From contig CAYPWV010000003.1 in the NCBI GenBank assembly GCA_964414795.1, forward strand, positions 2,081-66,080: DNA of 64,000 bases. Reading direction: 5' to 3'. The notes under the pieces are model-generated. The model did not search any database. It worked only from the letters and a program-made list of their open reading frames with translations, and was not told where the DNA came from. The translations under genes were made by a program, and so were the position numbers. Source of the DNA: an uncultured Gammaproteobacteria bacterium (lineage in GTDB: Bacteria > Patescibacteriota > Patescibacteriia > UBA9934). This document shows positions 37,461 to 47,667 of the stretch, one piece after another; within the stretch, counting starts at the first letter, position 1; every line of letters starts with the position of its first letter.

Positions 37461-38203
37461 AAAATTGCTTTTTCAATAGTCACTTTCTTTCCTAAGATCA
37501 TTTCGGCAAGTTCTGCGTAGCGCGGCGTAACGTCGGTGACAAAGAATCGATCTTCCTGCGTGCCGGGCTTAATCTGTATATCTTGCACCAGTGCCTCTCC
37601 ACAATTGATCAACGTTACCTCTTTGCCGACAATGCTGCGAATAACGTCGATAAGCAGTGGATAATGCGTGCAGCCTAAAATAAGTGTATCAATGCCCTGC
37701 TCTTTTACAAAAGCAAGATATCTTGTTGCAAGCGCTTCGATAAGCTCTCCCGTTATTTCTCCTTCTTCCACAAAAGGTACAAAAAGTGGACACGCTTGCT
37801 CGAATACCTCATATCCGGCCAAGCGCTCTTTGTACGCATGCGATGCAATGGTTCCTCGCGTGCCAATAACGCCGATTTTATTCTTTTTTGTCGCTGTTTG
37901 TGCAGCACGTACGGCGGGTGCGATCATTTCGTACACGGGAACGTTTGCCACATCGCGGACGACATCTGCGGCAAGTGCAGAAACCGTATTACAAGCGATA
38001 ACGATTGCATCAGGAGAAAACTGATTGAGAAAATGTACGCATTCTTTTGCGAATTGCTCGATCACTTCTTTTCCTCGAGGACCGTACGGCACACGTGCCG
38101 TATCTCCCAAATACACAATCGAGCAATCGGGAAATTGCTTTTTTATTTCTTTTACTACGGTGAGCCCGCCAAGTCCTGAATCAAATACTCCGAGAAGTGC
38201 CAT
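37457..38203 (-). CDS. murI: Glutamate racemase.
   Basis: LGVFDSGLGGLTV ... catalytic-Cys blocks (ACNT, GCTHYP). Confidence 0.85.
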   Translation of the reverse strand: MALLGVFDSGLGGLTVVKEIKKQFPDCSIVYLGDTARVPYGPRGKEVIEQFAKECVHFLNQFSPDAIVIACNTVSALAADVVRDVANVPVYEMIAPAVRAAQTATKKNKIGVIGTRGTIASHAYKERLAGYEVFEQACPLFVPFVEEGEITGELIEALATRYLAFVKEQGIDTLILGCTHYPLLIDVIRSIVGKEVTLINCGEALVQDIQIKPGTQEDRFFVTDVTPRYAELAEMILGKKVTIEKAIL

Positions 38204-38210
38204 AGAAGGT

Positions 38211-39563
38211 CTACGAGATATGCGACAGAAATGGCTGCACGAGGTTCATGACTTCCTCTTTTTTCTGCGCAAGAAGCTCCGCACTCGTCGCTTCGATCGT
38301 GATTCGAACAAGCGGCTCAGTGTTCGATTTTCGCACCAATATCCACCAGTCGTGATTAAATTCATATCGCAAACCGTCGATAGCAATGCATTTTGTCGCC
38401 TCTGTTTCGTAGCGTTCACGAAGTGCAGCGATAACTGCATCCTTATCTTCCGTTTCAAAACTCATTTCTTGGCTATTGCAATAGCTTCGCAACGGACGAA
38501 CCAAATCGGCGAATGTTTTGTTGGATGACTTCCAAATACTGAGTACAAGGAGAAAAGCGAAATCTATGGATTCAAGGTTATGAAATTCGGGAAAGAAAAA
38601 ATGGCTTGATACTTCTCCGCCCAGAATGCCTTTTTGCTCCTGCATGAGTTTAATAATGTTCGTATTTCCGACAGGGCAAGGAATTGGCTCGCCTCCTGCC
38701 GCACGCACTGCATCATCAATCGCCCAGCTTGCATTGATAGAGTAGAGAATCTTTCCTTGGGGGTGCTCTACAAGTCGCTGGCTTGCCATAAGTGCCAACG
38801 TAAGATCACCCTGTATCGAGACACCTTCGTTATCTACAAATGCAATACGATCGGCGTCACCATCAATCGCGACACCAAACGCTGCGCCAACTTCAAGCAC
38901 CTTTTTCTTGAGATCGTGGAGCGTTTCTTCTTTTGCGGGATTTGCTTCGTGGTTAGGAAAATGTGCGTTTGGTTCGGCGTAGAGTTCAACAACGTCGAGA
39001 CCTACCTTTTCGCACAACAGACGAAGGGTGAGCGCTCCCATGCCATTTCCATAATCAATAACGATTTTTGTACCACGGACATGTTGAGGATTTGCAAGGG
39101 AAAGACAGCGTTCAAGATACGTAGTTACGACGTCGTGTTTTTCAACGATGCCTTTTCTTGTTGCCTCGGGAAGCGTTTCCTCGCAATGTGCAAGAACATC
39201 CGTTCCCGAAAGAGGTAATCCGTTTGCACGTGCCATTTTGATGCCGTTATATTCTGCAGGATTGTGCGATGCGGTTACCATAAAGCCCGCACCAATATCG
39301 GATTGCGACGTAACGGCGAAGTTGTAGAGCGAGGATGTACACATCCCGATATCCAGCACATCAACGCCGTGCGCAACAAAATACGCAATTGCTGCTTGCG
39401 CAAGTTCTGGGCTTGTTTGGCGCATATCACGCCCCACAACCACTTTTTTTGCACCCGTTATTACCAAAAGCGCATGCGCTGCTTTTTCTGCAACTTCAAC
39501 GGTAACCTCTGATAAAAGTCCACGAATGTTGTAACTTCGGAAAATATGAGGGGAAAATGGCAT
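38211..39563 (-). CDS. Alpha-D-phosphohexomutase (phosphomannomutase/phosphoglucomutase type).
   Basis: Active-site TASHNPAEYNG plus the Mg loop GVAIDGDADR. Confidence 0.75.
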   Translation of the reverse strand: MPFSPHIFRSYNIRGLLSEVTVEVAEKAAHALLVITGAKKVVVGRDMRQTSPELAQAAIAYFVAHGVDVLDIGMCTSSLYNFAVTSQSDIGAGFMVTASHNPAEYNGIKMARANGLPLSGTDVLAHCEETLPEATRKGIVEKHDVVTTYLERCLSLANPQHVRGTKIVIDYGNGMGALTLRLLCEKVGLDVVELYAEPNAHFPNHEANPAKEETLHDLKKKVLEVGAAFGVAIDGDADRIAFVDNEGVSIQGDLTLALMASQRLVEHPQGKILYSINASWAIDDAVRAAGGEPIPCPVGNTNIIKLMQEQKGILGGEVSSHFFFPEFHNLESIDFAFLLVLSIWKSSNKTFADLVRPLRSYCNSQEMSFETEDKDAVIAALRERYETEATKCIAIDGLRYEFNHDWWILVRKSNTEPLVRITIEATSAELLAQKKEEVMNLVQPFLSHIS

Positions 39564-39642
39564 AGGTTAGCGTTCTTTTTCCATTGACTTCTGTGCTTTT
39601 TAGCCTTACGCTCAGGGTATCACATTTATCTCCTTTTTTTCT

Positions 39643-40212
39643 ATGCTTTCTAGCATGATCGGCATCATTCTTCTCGCGTTTCTCGGGCTTCTTCTTCTTG
39701 GAGGCATTTGGCTCATGATGACGTTTAACGGGCTGGTAACGCTCAAAAATCGCGTGCAAGAAGCGCTCGGAGATATTGAAGTGCAGCTCAAGCGTCGCTA
39801 CGACCTTATCCCCAACCTTGTAAACACCGTAAAAGGCTACGCAAAACATGAGGAAGGAGTGTTTACCCAAGTAACTGAAGCACGTGCAAAAGCTATGCAA
39901 GCCGGAACGCCCGCCGAACATGCACAAGCAGAAGGCATGCTTTCTCAAAGTCTTAAGTCACTTTTTGCGGTTGCAGAGTCGTATCCCGATCTCAAAGCAT
40001 CGGATAATTTCCATCATCTGCAAACCGAACTCGTTGATGCAGAAGATAAAATTCAAGCATCGCGTCGTTTCTACAACAGCCAAACCCGCGATTTCAACAC
40101 AAAGCTACAAGTATTCCCCACCAACATGATCGCTAATCTTCTCGGTTTTACCGCATACACGTTCTATGACGCGCCAACCGAGGCAGATGCAGTGCCGGAG
40201 GTGAAGTTTTAG
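39643..40212 (+). CDS. lemA: LemA family protein.
   Basis: N-terminal TM helix followed by the LemA signature ...VQLKRRYDLIPNLV... Confidence 0.75.
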   Translation: MLSSMIGIILLAFLGLLLLGGIWLMMTFNGLVTLKNRVQEALGDIEVQLKRRYDLIPNLVNTVKGYAKHEEGVFTQVTEARAKAMQAGTPAEHAQAEGMLSQSLKSLFAVAESYPDLKASDNFHHLQTELVDAEDKIQASRRFYNSQTRDFNTKLQVFPTNMIANLLGFTAYTFYDAPTEADAVPEVKF

Positions 40213-40472
40213 GGAAAAGTTGGGAAGTTATAAGTTTGTAGTTTGAAGTGAAAGGTAGTTTTTTACTGAGTAGGATCCTGAGCGACAGCGAAGGACCTAT
40301 CGCACGACTAAGGCATTCCCTTGACGAATGGATTCTCTCAAGATCCTTCGCCGAGCTCAGGATCTTGTGACCTCAGATCATTTCTTCCATCTGCCGTCTG
40401 TCATCTTTCATCCCACAAAAAACAACATCCGCTCACTTCAAACTATCAACTCCAAACTTCAAACTCTCACCT
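40213..40472. repeat. Family C MITE-like element, copy 3 (about 260 nt), carrying an internal nested palindrome at 40275-40370 and filling the gap between lemA and htpX.
   Basis: Ends GTTGGGAAGTTATAAGTTTGTAGTTTGAAGTGAAAGG ... CATCCGCTCACTTCAAACTATCAACTCCAAACTTCAAACT. The inner inverted repeat is GGATCCTGAGCG..CGAAGGA....TCCTTCG..CGAGCTCAGGATC. Confidence 0.55.
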
Positions 40473-41357
40473 ATGTACTCTCAAATATCCGAAAATAAGA
40501 ACAAAACCTGGTTTCTCCTCATCTTCATGGGGAGTTTTACTATGCTTTTGGCAGTAATTCTCGGATTAGCGTCGGGGCTTGATGCGCCTGCTGCGGCGAT
40601 GCTGGGAGGTGCGTTTACTCTTGTGTACGCGCTTATCAGCTATTACTTCTCCGATAAAATTGCGCTCATGACCAGCGGCGCAAAAGCCATCACCAAAGCC
40701 GAAGCGCCCGAACTGTATAACTTGGTAGAAAATCTCTGCATTGCAAATGGCCAGCCCACGCCCGCAATTTACGTTATGCAGGATGAAAGCCCCAACGCCT
40801 TTGCAACCGGCCGAGATCCCGAGCATGCATCTATTGTGTTCACCACCGGCATTTTGCGCATTCTGGAAAAAAAGGAATTAGAAGGTGTTGCCGCACACGA
40901 GCTTTCGCACGTAAAAAATTATGATATTCGAGTGATGACTATCGTTGTCGTGCTGGTGGGTGCGGTAATGCTTTTATCGGATATTCTCTTGCACAGTAGT
41001 TTCCGACGGGAACGAAAAGAAGTTGACATGATTCTCGTGATTGTCGGATTTATCCTTGCAATTCTTTCTCCTCTTTTTGCCCAACTCATTAAACTTGCGG
41101 TGTCACGCCAACGCGAATATCTTGCCGATGCTTCGGGCGCACTCCTCACCCGCTATCCCGAAGGACTTGCTTCTGCGCTGCAAAAAATAAGTGCTGCAAG
41201 TCGTCCACTTCAGCACGCAAATCATGCAACGGCACACCTGTTTATTAGCAATCCGTTTGGCGGCAATGAGGTACAAGAAAGTTGGTTCACGAGATTGTTT
41301 GCTACACATCCGCCTGTTGCAGATCGTATTGCACGCCTAACCTCTATGGGAAAATAA
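40473..41357 (+). CDS. htpX: Membrane protease HtpX (M48).
   Basis: HELSHVKNYD (HExxH), four TM helices, and a C-terminal FATHPPVADRI. Confidence 0.8.
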   Translation: MYSQISENKNKTWFLLIFMGSFTMLLAVILGLASGLDAPAAAMLGGAFTLVYALISYYFSDKIALMTSGAKAITKAEAPELYNLVENLCIANGQPTPAIYVMQDESPNAFATGRDPEHASIVFTTGILRILEKKELEGVAAHELSHVKNYDIRVMTIVVVLVGAVMLLSDILLHSSFRRERKEVDMILVIVGFILAILSPLFAQLIKLAVSRQREYLADASGALLTRYPEGLASALQKISAASRPLQHANHATAHLFISNPFGGNEVQESWFTRLFATHPPVADRIARLTSMGK

Positions 41358-41360
41358 TCT

Positions 41361-43619
41361 ATGTTTGATAACGCACTCGAACGATTTAGCAATCCTTTAA
41401 AAAGTGTTCTCACGCGAGCACTTGTTTTTGCATCAGAAAAAGGCTCGTCGCTTATTACGCCCAGCCACTTGCTTTGGGCACTTGCAACGCAGCCACAATC
41501 GCTTGCAAATACCATTCTCAATCGCGCACATATTTCCATCGACCAGCTCATGAGTTCACTCCCCCTCTCAAACGATGCTGCCGCAAAAACCGAATCTCCC
41601 AATCTTTCCTCCGAATCTCGCATCATTCTTGAGAAGGCAATTCTCATGGCAAATCTGCACGACCATCCTTTTATTGGAACTGAGCATTTGCTTTTTGGTT
41701 TTATTCAAACGCCCGCAGCTGAAGTACATGTGCTTCTTTTTCAAACCGCGCGTGTTGAAAAGCAAGCGTTTGAAAAACATATTCGCGATATTCTCAAAGA
41801 TGCAGAACATATCGGTGTTGATGAACAAAAAAATGCATCCGCGAAGAAAACGGAAGTCTGCGAGCATTGCGGCGAACCGCATGATGATGACCATGAAACC
41901 TCTGCGCTTGAATACTTTGGAAAAGAACTTACCAAAAAAGAAATTGCACACAAAACACTTCCGCTCGTTGGCCGAGCAGAAGAAATTGATCGTCTTATTA
42001 CCATTCTTTCGCGCAAAACCAAACATCATCCGCTGCTCCTTGGCGAACCGGGTGTAGGAAAAACGGCACTTGTAGAGGGTCTTGCACGGCGCGTTGTTGC
42101 AGGAAAAGTTCCCGAAGCGCTTAAAGACATGCGCATTTTTTCGGTGGACATGGGAAGTTTGGTTGCCGGCGCGGTGTACCGTGGTGATTTTGAAGCACGG
42201 CTTCTCGATATTGTGGATGAACTGAAGAACATTAAAAATTCCGTTATTTTTATTGATGAGTTTCACACGGTTGTGGGTGCAGGATCGGGAGGGACGGGTC
42301 TTGATGCCGCAAATATCTTAAAGCCCGCACTTGCCCGTGGAGAAATTCGCGTGATCGGTGCAACAACGCGCGAAGAATACAAAAAATACATTGAACCCGA
42401 TGGCGCACTTTCGCGTCGGCTGCAACGCATTACCGTGCAAGAACCCACGGCAAAAGAAACACTTACTATTCTTAAAGGCATTGCTTCTTCTTTTGCAACG
42501 CATCACAAAACCAGCTTTAGCTCCGAAGTGTTGCAAGAAATTGTACAGCTTACCGAGCGCCTCATGCCTACCCAGCGCTTCCCTGACAAAGCCATCGACA
42601 TACTCGATGAACTGGGCGCAAAAACCGCAGGTCGACCCGCAACGCTCACCGATGTGCTCATCAGTATCTCGGCACAAAGCGGAACGCCCATCACCTCGCT
42701 GCAAACATCAGATCGCGAACGCTTAGCAAAGCTTGAACCGCTTTTGCGCGAGCAAGTGGTTGGACAAGAAGCGGTGATTAAAACCGTGAGCACCACGCTT
42801 TTGCGGGCAAAGTTAGGATTTGCACCAAGTGAGCGCCCGCTTGCGTCGTTTTTGTTTGCAGGTCCATCGGGCGTAGGAAAAACGGCGCTCTCAAAAGCCA
42901 TTGCCAAGCACATGAATTACGGAAAAATGGCACACCTGAGGCTTGATATGAGCGAATATGCCGAATCTCATACCGTAAGCAAACTTATTGGCTCGCCTCC
43001 TGGCTACGTGGGCTATAAAGATCGTGCGCAACTTACCGATGCCGTGAAGGAAAATCCTGCGCTGGTGATTGTGTTTGATGAGCTTGAAAAAGCGCACCGC
43101 AGCGTGCATCACCTGCTTTTGCAAATTCTCGAAGAGGGCGAATTGCGAGATTCATCGGGAATGATGGTGAACTTTCGCAATACGATCATCATTGCTACGA
43201 CAAATGCCGCAAAAGAGCTTTTTGAAAAGCAAACGTTGGGCTTTACCGAAAAGGCACAAACTCCCGGAGCACTCCGAGAACATTTGGAAGATCGTTTCTC
43301 GGGAGAATTGCTCAATCGTTTTGATGCGCTGTGTTTATTTAAACCCCTTCAACCACTCGACATTCAAAAAATTGTACAAAACGAACTTTCACTCCTCCAA
43401 AAACGCCTCAAAACTCAAGGTGTTCACTTGGCCGTTCCTGCGGATATTCTTACGCATCTTGCCGCAAAAGTAGAACGCAAAAAGGGTGGTCGCGAGGTAC
43501 GCCATGTGCTGCGCACGCTTATTGAGGAACCTTTAGCAGAAAAAATGGTGCATGCTCACGCAAAAAAACGAAACTTCTCGGTAAAGAAAACAAAAGAAGG
43601 CGTTGTTATTCTCGGATAA
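41361..43619 (+). CDS. clpC: ATP-dependent Clp protease ATP-binding subunit (ClpC/ClpA-type, two AAA+ modules).
   Basis: Clp_N repeats, two Walker A sites (GEPGVGKT, GPSGVGKT), and the sensor/arginine-finger regions. Confidence 0.85.
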   Translation: MFDNALERFSNPLKSVLTRALVFASEKGSSLITPSHLLWALATQPQSLANTILNRAHISIDQLMSSLPLSNDAAAKTESPNLSSESRIILEKAILMANLHDHPFIGTEHLLFGFIQTPAAEVHVLLFQTARVEKQAFEKHIRDILKDAEHIGVDEQKNASAKKTEVCEHCGEPHDDDHETSALEYFGKELTKKEIAHKTLPLVGRAEEIDRLITILSRKTKHHPLLLGEPGVGKTALVEGLARRVVAGKVPEALKDMRIFSVDMGSLVAGAVYRGDFEARLLDIVDELKNIKNSVIFIDEFHTVVGAGSGGTGLDAANILKPALARGEIRVIGATTREEYKKYIEPDGALSRRLQRITVQEPTAKETLTILKGIASSFATHHKTSFSSEVLQEIVQLTERLMPTQRFPDKAIDILDELGAKTAGRPATLTDVLISISAQSGTPITSLQTSDRERLAKLEPLLREQVVGQEAVIKTVSTTLLRAKLGFAPSERPLASFLFAGPSGVGKTALSKAIAKHMNYGKMAHLRLDMSEYAESHTVSKLIGSPPGYVGYKDRAQLTDAVKENPALVIVFDELEKAHRSVHHLLLQILEEGELRDSSGMMVNFRNTIIIATTNAAKELFEKQTLGFTEKAQTPGALREHLEDRFSGELLNRFDALCLFKPLQPLDIQKIVQNELSLLQKRLKTQGVHLAVPADILTHLAAKVERKKGGREVRHVLRTLIEEPLAEKMVHAHAKKRNFSVKKTKEGVVILG

Positions 43620-43655
43620 TCAAAAACCGGCGCAATATCTTGCTATACTGAGCGC

Positions 43656-44441
43656 ATGGTAGCGCCTCTTCCCAGGGAAATAGACTTCAAAAAGGAATTT
43701 GATGCAGCGCGTCGCAAAGCGGCGGGTGGTAATATTGCGTTTTCTCCGTCGTCTGAGCTAGAAGACTTTACCGATGAAGGCACGTCGGCAGCGCAATTAG
43801 ATCCTGCGAATTTCAACCTTAGTCAGCAACAAGAACGCATGAGACAAGGCATTGGCGCACCTGCGCTTCTTCCTGAAGACATTGCCGCACTTCCCGACCC
43901 TGACTACGCTGACGCAAACGGTGATGACGAAGATCCGATAACGTACGGCGACAGCTTGAACGAACTCGAAGCAGAAGCACGAGAAGCAGAAAATATTGAG
44001 GAAGTTCAAGCGGTAGGTGAGGCGATGCGTACAAAACAAGAAGAAGCATTCGCGCAAGCGGCAGAAAAAAAAGCGGAGGAAGAGAGGAGAAAAATGCATC
44101 AAGACCTCGTAAAAGCTATTAGCAATGCACTGGCTGCTGTGGGTATCTCGGGATTTGACGGATGGATTACCGAAGTCTTTACCCTCTTATACAAAGCGGC
44201 TCGTGCGCTTGTCACCATTTTCGCCCCTGAATCACTCACGGGAGACGATAGTGATGCTCTAAAGAAGTTACATGCGAACATTCCCCCCTATCATCCCCTG
44301 CAGAAACCTGGAGACTTTGTGCTAGGAATAGGCGTCCTTTTTGTTATAGGTATTATCGTTACTTTTCTTATTTTGTTCTTTCTCTTCATTGCCTCCGTTA
44401 CGCTCTTTCCTATTCTTTCCATAGTAAAACCAACCTCATAA
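43656..44441 (+). CDS. Hypothetical acidic protein with a C-terminal TM anchor.
   Basis: D/E-rich about 210 aa followed by FVLGIGVLFVIGIIVTFLILFFLFIASV. Confidence 0.4.
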   Translation: MVAPLPREIDFKKEFDAARRKAAGGNIAFSPSSELEDFTDEGTSAAQLDPANFNLSQQQERMRQGIGAPALLPEDIAALPDPDYADANGDDEDPITYGDSLNELEAEAREAENIEEVQAVGEAMRTKQEEAFAQAAEKKAEEERRKMHQDLVKAISNALAAVGISGFDGWITEVFTLLYKAARALVTIFAPESLTGDDSDALKKLHANIPPYHPLQKPGDFVLGIGVLFVIGIIVTFLILFFLFIASVTLFPILSIVKPTS

Positions 44442-44444
44442 TCT

Positions 44445-45677
44445 ATGACTATCGAACTTTCAGATCGCGCAAAAGTGGTACTGCGCCTGGTGCTTTTTCT
44501 CGGGTTTACGCTTCTTGTGGGCTTTGCGCTGTACTGGTTCTTTTTTGCAAAAACTCCTTCGGTGACGACACCCGTAGCTGATACGACGGGAGATGAAAAT
44601 AGTCAAGGGACGCTCCCGGATACGAATGAGGGGCATTCTCCGGGAACGGGAGAATCTAACAACGGCGGATCGGGCCAACTTCCTCCCTCGCAAGTTGCTG
44701 ATGGCGGAAAAACGGTTACCACACAGCTCACCACCAGCGCCGTTACCAGTCCGCATATTACTGCAGACGGAACCGTTGCGTATTACGATCCGGCGGATGG
44801 TCGTTTTTACACCATTGATAGCACAGGAAAAGCGGTTGCGCTCAGCCTTACGCAATTTCCTTCTGCGGAAACGGTGGTGTTTAATGATGCTGCAACTGCG
44901 GCAGTGATTGAATTTCCCGACGGAAGCAACATCGTGTACACCTTTGACACCGCAAAACAAGTAACATTGCCCGAACACTGGGAAGATTTTTCATTCTCTT
45001 CCGATGGTTCGGAAATTGTTTCAAAAAGCGTAGGAAGTGATCCTTCCAACCGCGCGCTTGTTATTTCTGCTGCCGATGGATCTTCTACAAAAGTTGTTGC
45101 TGCGCTTGGTGATAATGACGACAAAGTAACGGTAAGCTGGTCACCCGAAAGTGATATTGTGGGTTTTTCGGCAACGGGAGAAGGAGGCTCGGCATTCGGC
45201 CAAAAACAAATCTACACCATTAACGAAGATGGCGAAGCTGCGGGTATCATCACTATTAACGGCACGAATTACGAAAATATTTGGTCACCCAGTGGAAAGT
45301 TTATTCTCTATTCTGTTGCGGATTCGGGCGATGATTATCGGCCAAGCTTGTGGTATGTGGATGCCAAGGGCGACCGCAATGGCTCAACGCGTTTGGAATT
45401 GGGTGTAAAGACGACCGTTGATCGGTGTGCATTTTATGATGAGTCAACGATATATTGCGGCGTTCCTACCGAGACACCGAGCGGCAGTGGAACAAATCCC
45501 GAAATTCTTGATGGACCCGATTATCTGTACAAAATTTCACTTCCTTCGGGCACCGCAGAGCTTATTGCCATTCCCACCGTTTCTACCGTTATTAAAAATG
45601 TTTCCGTGAATGATGACGCAAGCATCTTGTATTACACCGATGGACGAGGAAAGCTCAACATGATTCTCTTGAAATAA
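44445..45677 (+). CDS. Hypothetical N-terminally anchored beta-propeller (TolB/PD40-like) protein.
   Basis: N-terminal TM helix, a linker, then repeated ..DGS.IV/..SPDG..I.F segments typical of PD40/WD-like blades. Confidence 0.45.
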   Translation: MTIELSDRAKVVLRLVLFLGFTLLVGFALYWFFFAKTPSVTTPVADTTGDENSQGTLPDTNEGHSPGTGESNNGGSGQLPPSQVADGGKTVTTQLTTSAVTSPHITADGTVAYYDPADGRFYTIDSTGKAVALSLTQFPSAETVVFNDAATAAVIEFPDGSNIVYTFDTAKQVTLPEHWEDFSFSSDGSEIVSKSVGSDPSNRALVISAADGSSTKVVAALGDNDDKVTVSWSPESDIVGFSATGEGGSAFGQKQIYTINEDGEAAGIITINGTNYENIWSPSGKFILYSVADSGDDYRPSLWYVDAKGDRNGSTRLELGVKTTVDRCAFYDESTIYCGVPTETPSGSGTNPEILDGPDYLYKISLPSGTAELIAIPTVSTVIKNVSVNDDASILYYTDGRGKLNMILLK

Positions 45678-45678
45678 T

Positions 45679-46320
45679 ATGCGAGAATATTTTTGGCACA
45701 TCATTATTGGACTCGGTCTTATTGTGGTTATTATTTTTGGGGTTACGGCGCTCAGCCTACGCTTTTCTAATGACATTACGTATACCGATACACAAACCAT
45801 TAGCGAGCCCTCGGTGACTATCGTGGATCCGCAATTAGGCGATGCAGATGCAGCGGTAACCGTGGTTACGTATAGCGATTTTGCCTGCGGCAGCTGCGCA
45901 ACGGTAGAGAATATTCTTCTTTCCTTCTTCCAAAAGCATCCAGAAGATATCCGCATCGTATGGAAGGATATGCCAAATGAGACGCGACATTCGGAGGCAA
46001 TTCGTTCGTCCATTGCTGCACGCTGTGCCGGAAAACAAGGTAAGTTTTGGGAATTTAATGCAAAGCTCTTTGCTAACCAAGCAACGCTCGGAAATGATTT
46101 GTATCAAACCATTGCATCAGATGTAGGCATTGACACGCCCTCGTTTTCTACGTGCCTTGAGAATGAAGACGCGCGTCCACTTGTAGAACGCACACTTTCC
46201 GAAGGCTTGGCGCTTGAAATAACCGCAACTCCTACGCTGTACATTAACGGCGAACGATTTACCGGAAGCCTCTCGCAATCTGAACTTGAAAAAGTACTTA
46301 CCGCTGCAATGGTAAAATAA
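45679..46320 (+). CDS. DsbA-family thiol:disulfide oxidoreductase (thioredoxin fold).
   Basis: N-terminal TM helix plus a CGSC (CxxC) active site in VVTYSDFACGSCATVE. Confidence 0.6.
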   Translation: MREYFWHIIIGLGLIVVIIFGVTALSLRFSNDITYTDTQTISEPSVTIVDPQLGDADAAVTVVTYSDFACGSCATVENILLSFFQKHPEDIRIVWKDMPNETRHSEAIRSSIAARCAGKQGKFWEFNAKLFANQATLGNDLYQTIASDVGIDTPSFSTCLENEDARPLVERTLSEGLALEITATPTLYINGERFTGSLSQSELEKVLTAAMVK

Positions 46321-46324
46321 TCGT

Positions 46325-47659
46325 GTGCGAAACCTTTTTCTCTCCTTTCTTTTCCTCTTTCTTGCCCCAGCGCTGCTTCATCCTGCGTCTGTTTTTGCGG
46401 CAAGCACCGAATCTTGTGAGGAAACCGTGATGTCGTGCGAGTGCATTGATGAAAATGGTGACACCATCCTTTCTACCGACGAATCTATCGCCAACGGAGA
46501 TGCGTGTGCTGCAGACTGCGCGAATCGGAGCTCAACGTCGTATGTGTTTATTTGCGGAGATTCCCAAGTTCCTACAGATTCGGGAGACATTTCCGATTAT
46601 CTTGATAGTTTGGCGGATAAAGTGGGTATCCCAACCGTCACCAAAGAAGATCCTGCAATTCCTGCGCTCAACGTTCCTATTCCTGGTCTTGATCTTGCGG
46701 GATCGGTGGAAACTGATGCACAAGGCAACATCACCACCAACATGATCGGCTTGTACGTAAACGCCGTATTCTCGTACGGCATTGTGATTGCCGCGCTTCT
46801 TGGCGTGCTTATGCTCACCGTTGCCGGTTTTCAGTACATGACGGCCGGAGGAGATAAAGGCGCAGTAACAAAAGCAAAAGATCGCATGCAAAGTGTTGTT
46901 TTTGGGCTGATTATCCTCATGGCAACGTACTGCATCGCCTTTCTTATTGATCCCCGCACCACATATTTCAATGCGCTCACGCTCAAAAACGTTGCAGAAA
47001 TTTCTTTAAATGATGGGAGCAGTGGAAATGAAGGAAGTGGAATAAGTGGAGGAACGGGTACGTGGGGAAATCTCGGCGAGCCATATCGCACGATTGTCAG
47101 TGATGCAAAAACGGCGGTCACCTGCGAAATTCCCGATCTTATTTCCTCTCCTACCGGAAAGCTTCCCAATCAAGGAAATCACCATTGGTACGATCGTGGC
47201 CTCAATGGCGACTATAAATCTATTGCCGCAATGGACTGGGCCGCAAGCTGGAATAGTGAAATTTATGCGCCGTTTGAAGGCACCGTGAGCTATCAACAAC
47301 AAACCGACACAAGTAATAGTTGTGGAAACAGAATTTATCTTCGCTCTGCAGATGGAACCGCAACCATCACCATTTGCCATGCAAAAGATTTTACCGATGA
47401 CGCAGGAGATTTTTCTAAAACACGATCGGTTGAAAAAGGTGATGTTCTTGGGCACGTGGGTGGAGTGTGTTGTGCGGGGCAAGATGATGCGTACGATGTT
47501 ACGAAATGCGACGTTTCGGGAACGATGTGTACCGATCCAACCAAAGCACAAAACTGCTCATGTCAACGCGTTACCGAAGCGGGCAACACTACCGGTCCGC
47601 ACGTCCACCTTACCTATAATAATATGCCCAGCGGCATGTTGCTTGCGTGTCTTGAATAA
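46325..47659 (+). CDS. Secreted Cys-rich protein with a central VirB2/TrbC-pilin-like two-helix hairpin and a C-terminal M23 (LytM) peptidase domain.
   Basis: Signal peptide, at least eight Cys in the first 80 residues, two hydrophobic helices flanking FQYMTAGGDKGAVTKAKDRMQS, then HWYDRGLNGDY..D..YAPFEG..GDVLGHVGG..GPHVHLTY M23 motifs. Confidence 0.5.
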   Translation: MRNLFLSFLFLFLAPALLHPASVFAASTESCEETVMSCECIDENGDTILSTDESIANGDACAADCANRSSTSYVFICGDSQVPTDSGDISDYLDSLADKVGIPTVTKEDPAIPALNVPIPGLDLAGSVETDAQGNITTNMIGLYVNAVFSYGIVIAALLGVLMLTVAGFQYMTAGGDKGAVTKAKDRMQSVVFGLIILMATYCIAFLIDPRTTYFNALTLKNVAEISLNDGSSGNEGSGISGGTGTWGNLGEPYRTIVSDAKTAVTCEIPDLISSPTGKLPNQGNHHWYDRGLNGDYKSIAAMDWAASWNSEIYAPFEGTVSYQQQTDTSNSCGNRIYLRSADGTATITICHAKDFTDDAGDFSKTRSVEKGDVLGHVGGVCCAGQDDAYDVTKCDVSGTMCTDPTKAQNCSCQRVTEAGNTTGPHVHLTYNNMPSGMLLACLE

Positions 47660-47667
47660 GTCTCTTT

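Noticed and set aside
41568-42266. 232-aa minus-strand ORF within clpC.
   Set aside because: It is antisense to the first AAA+ module of clpC and has a low-complexity, Phe/Lys/Asn-rich translation.
47006-47551. 181-aa minus-strand ORF inside the M23 peptidase gene.
   Set aside because: It is antisense to a gene with a signal peptide and M23 motifs, and has no features of its own.
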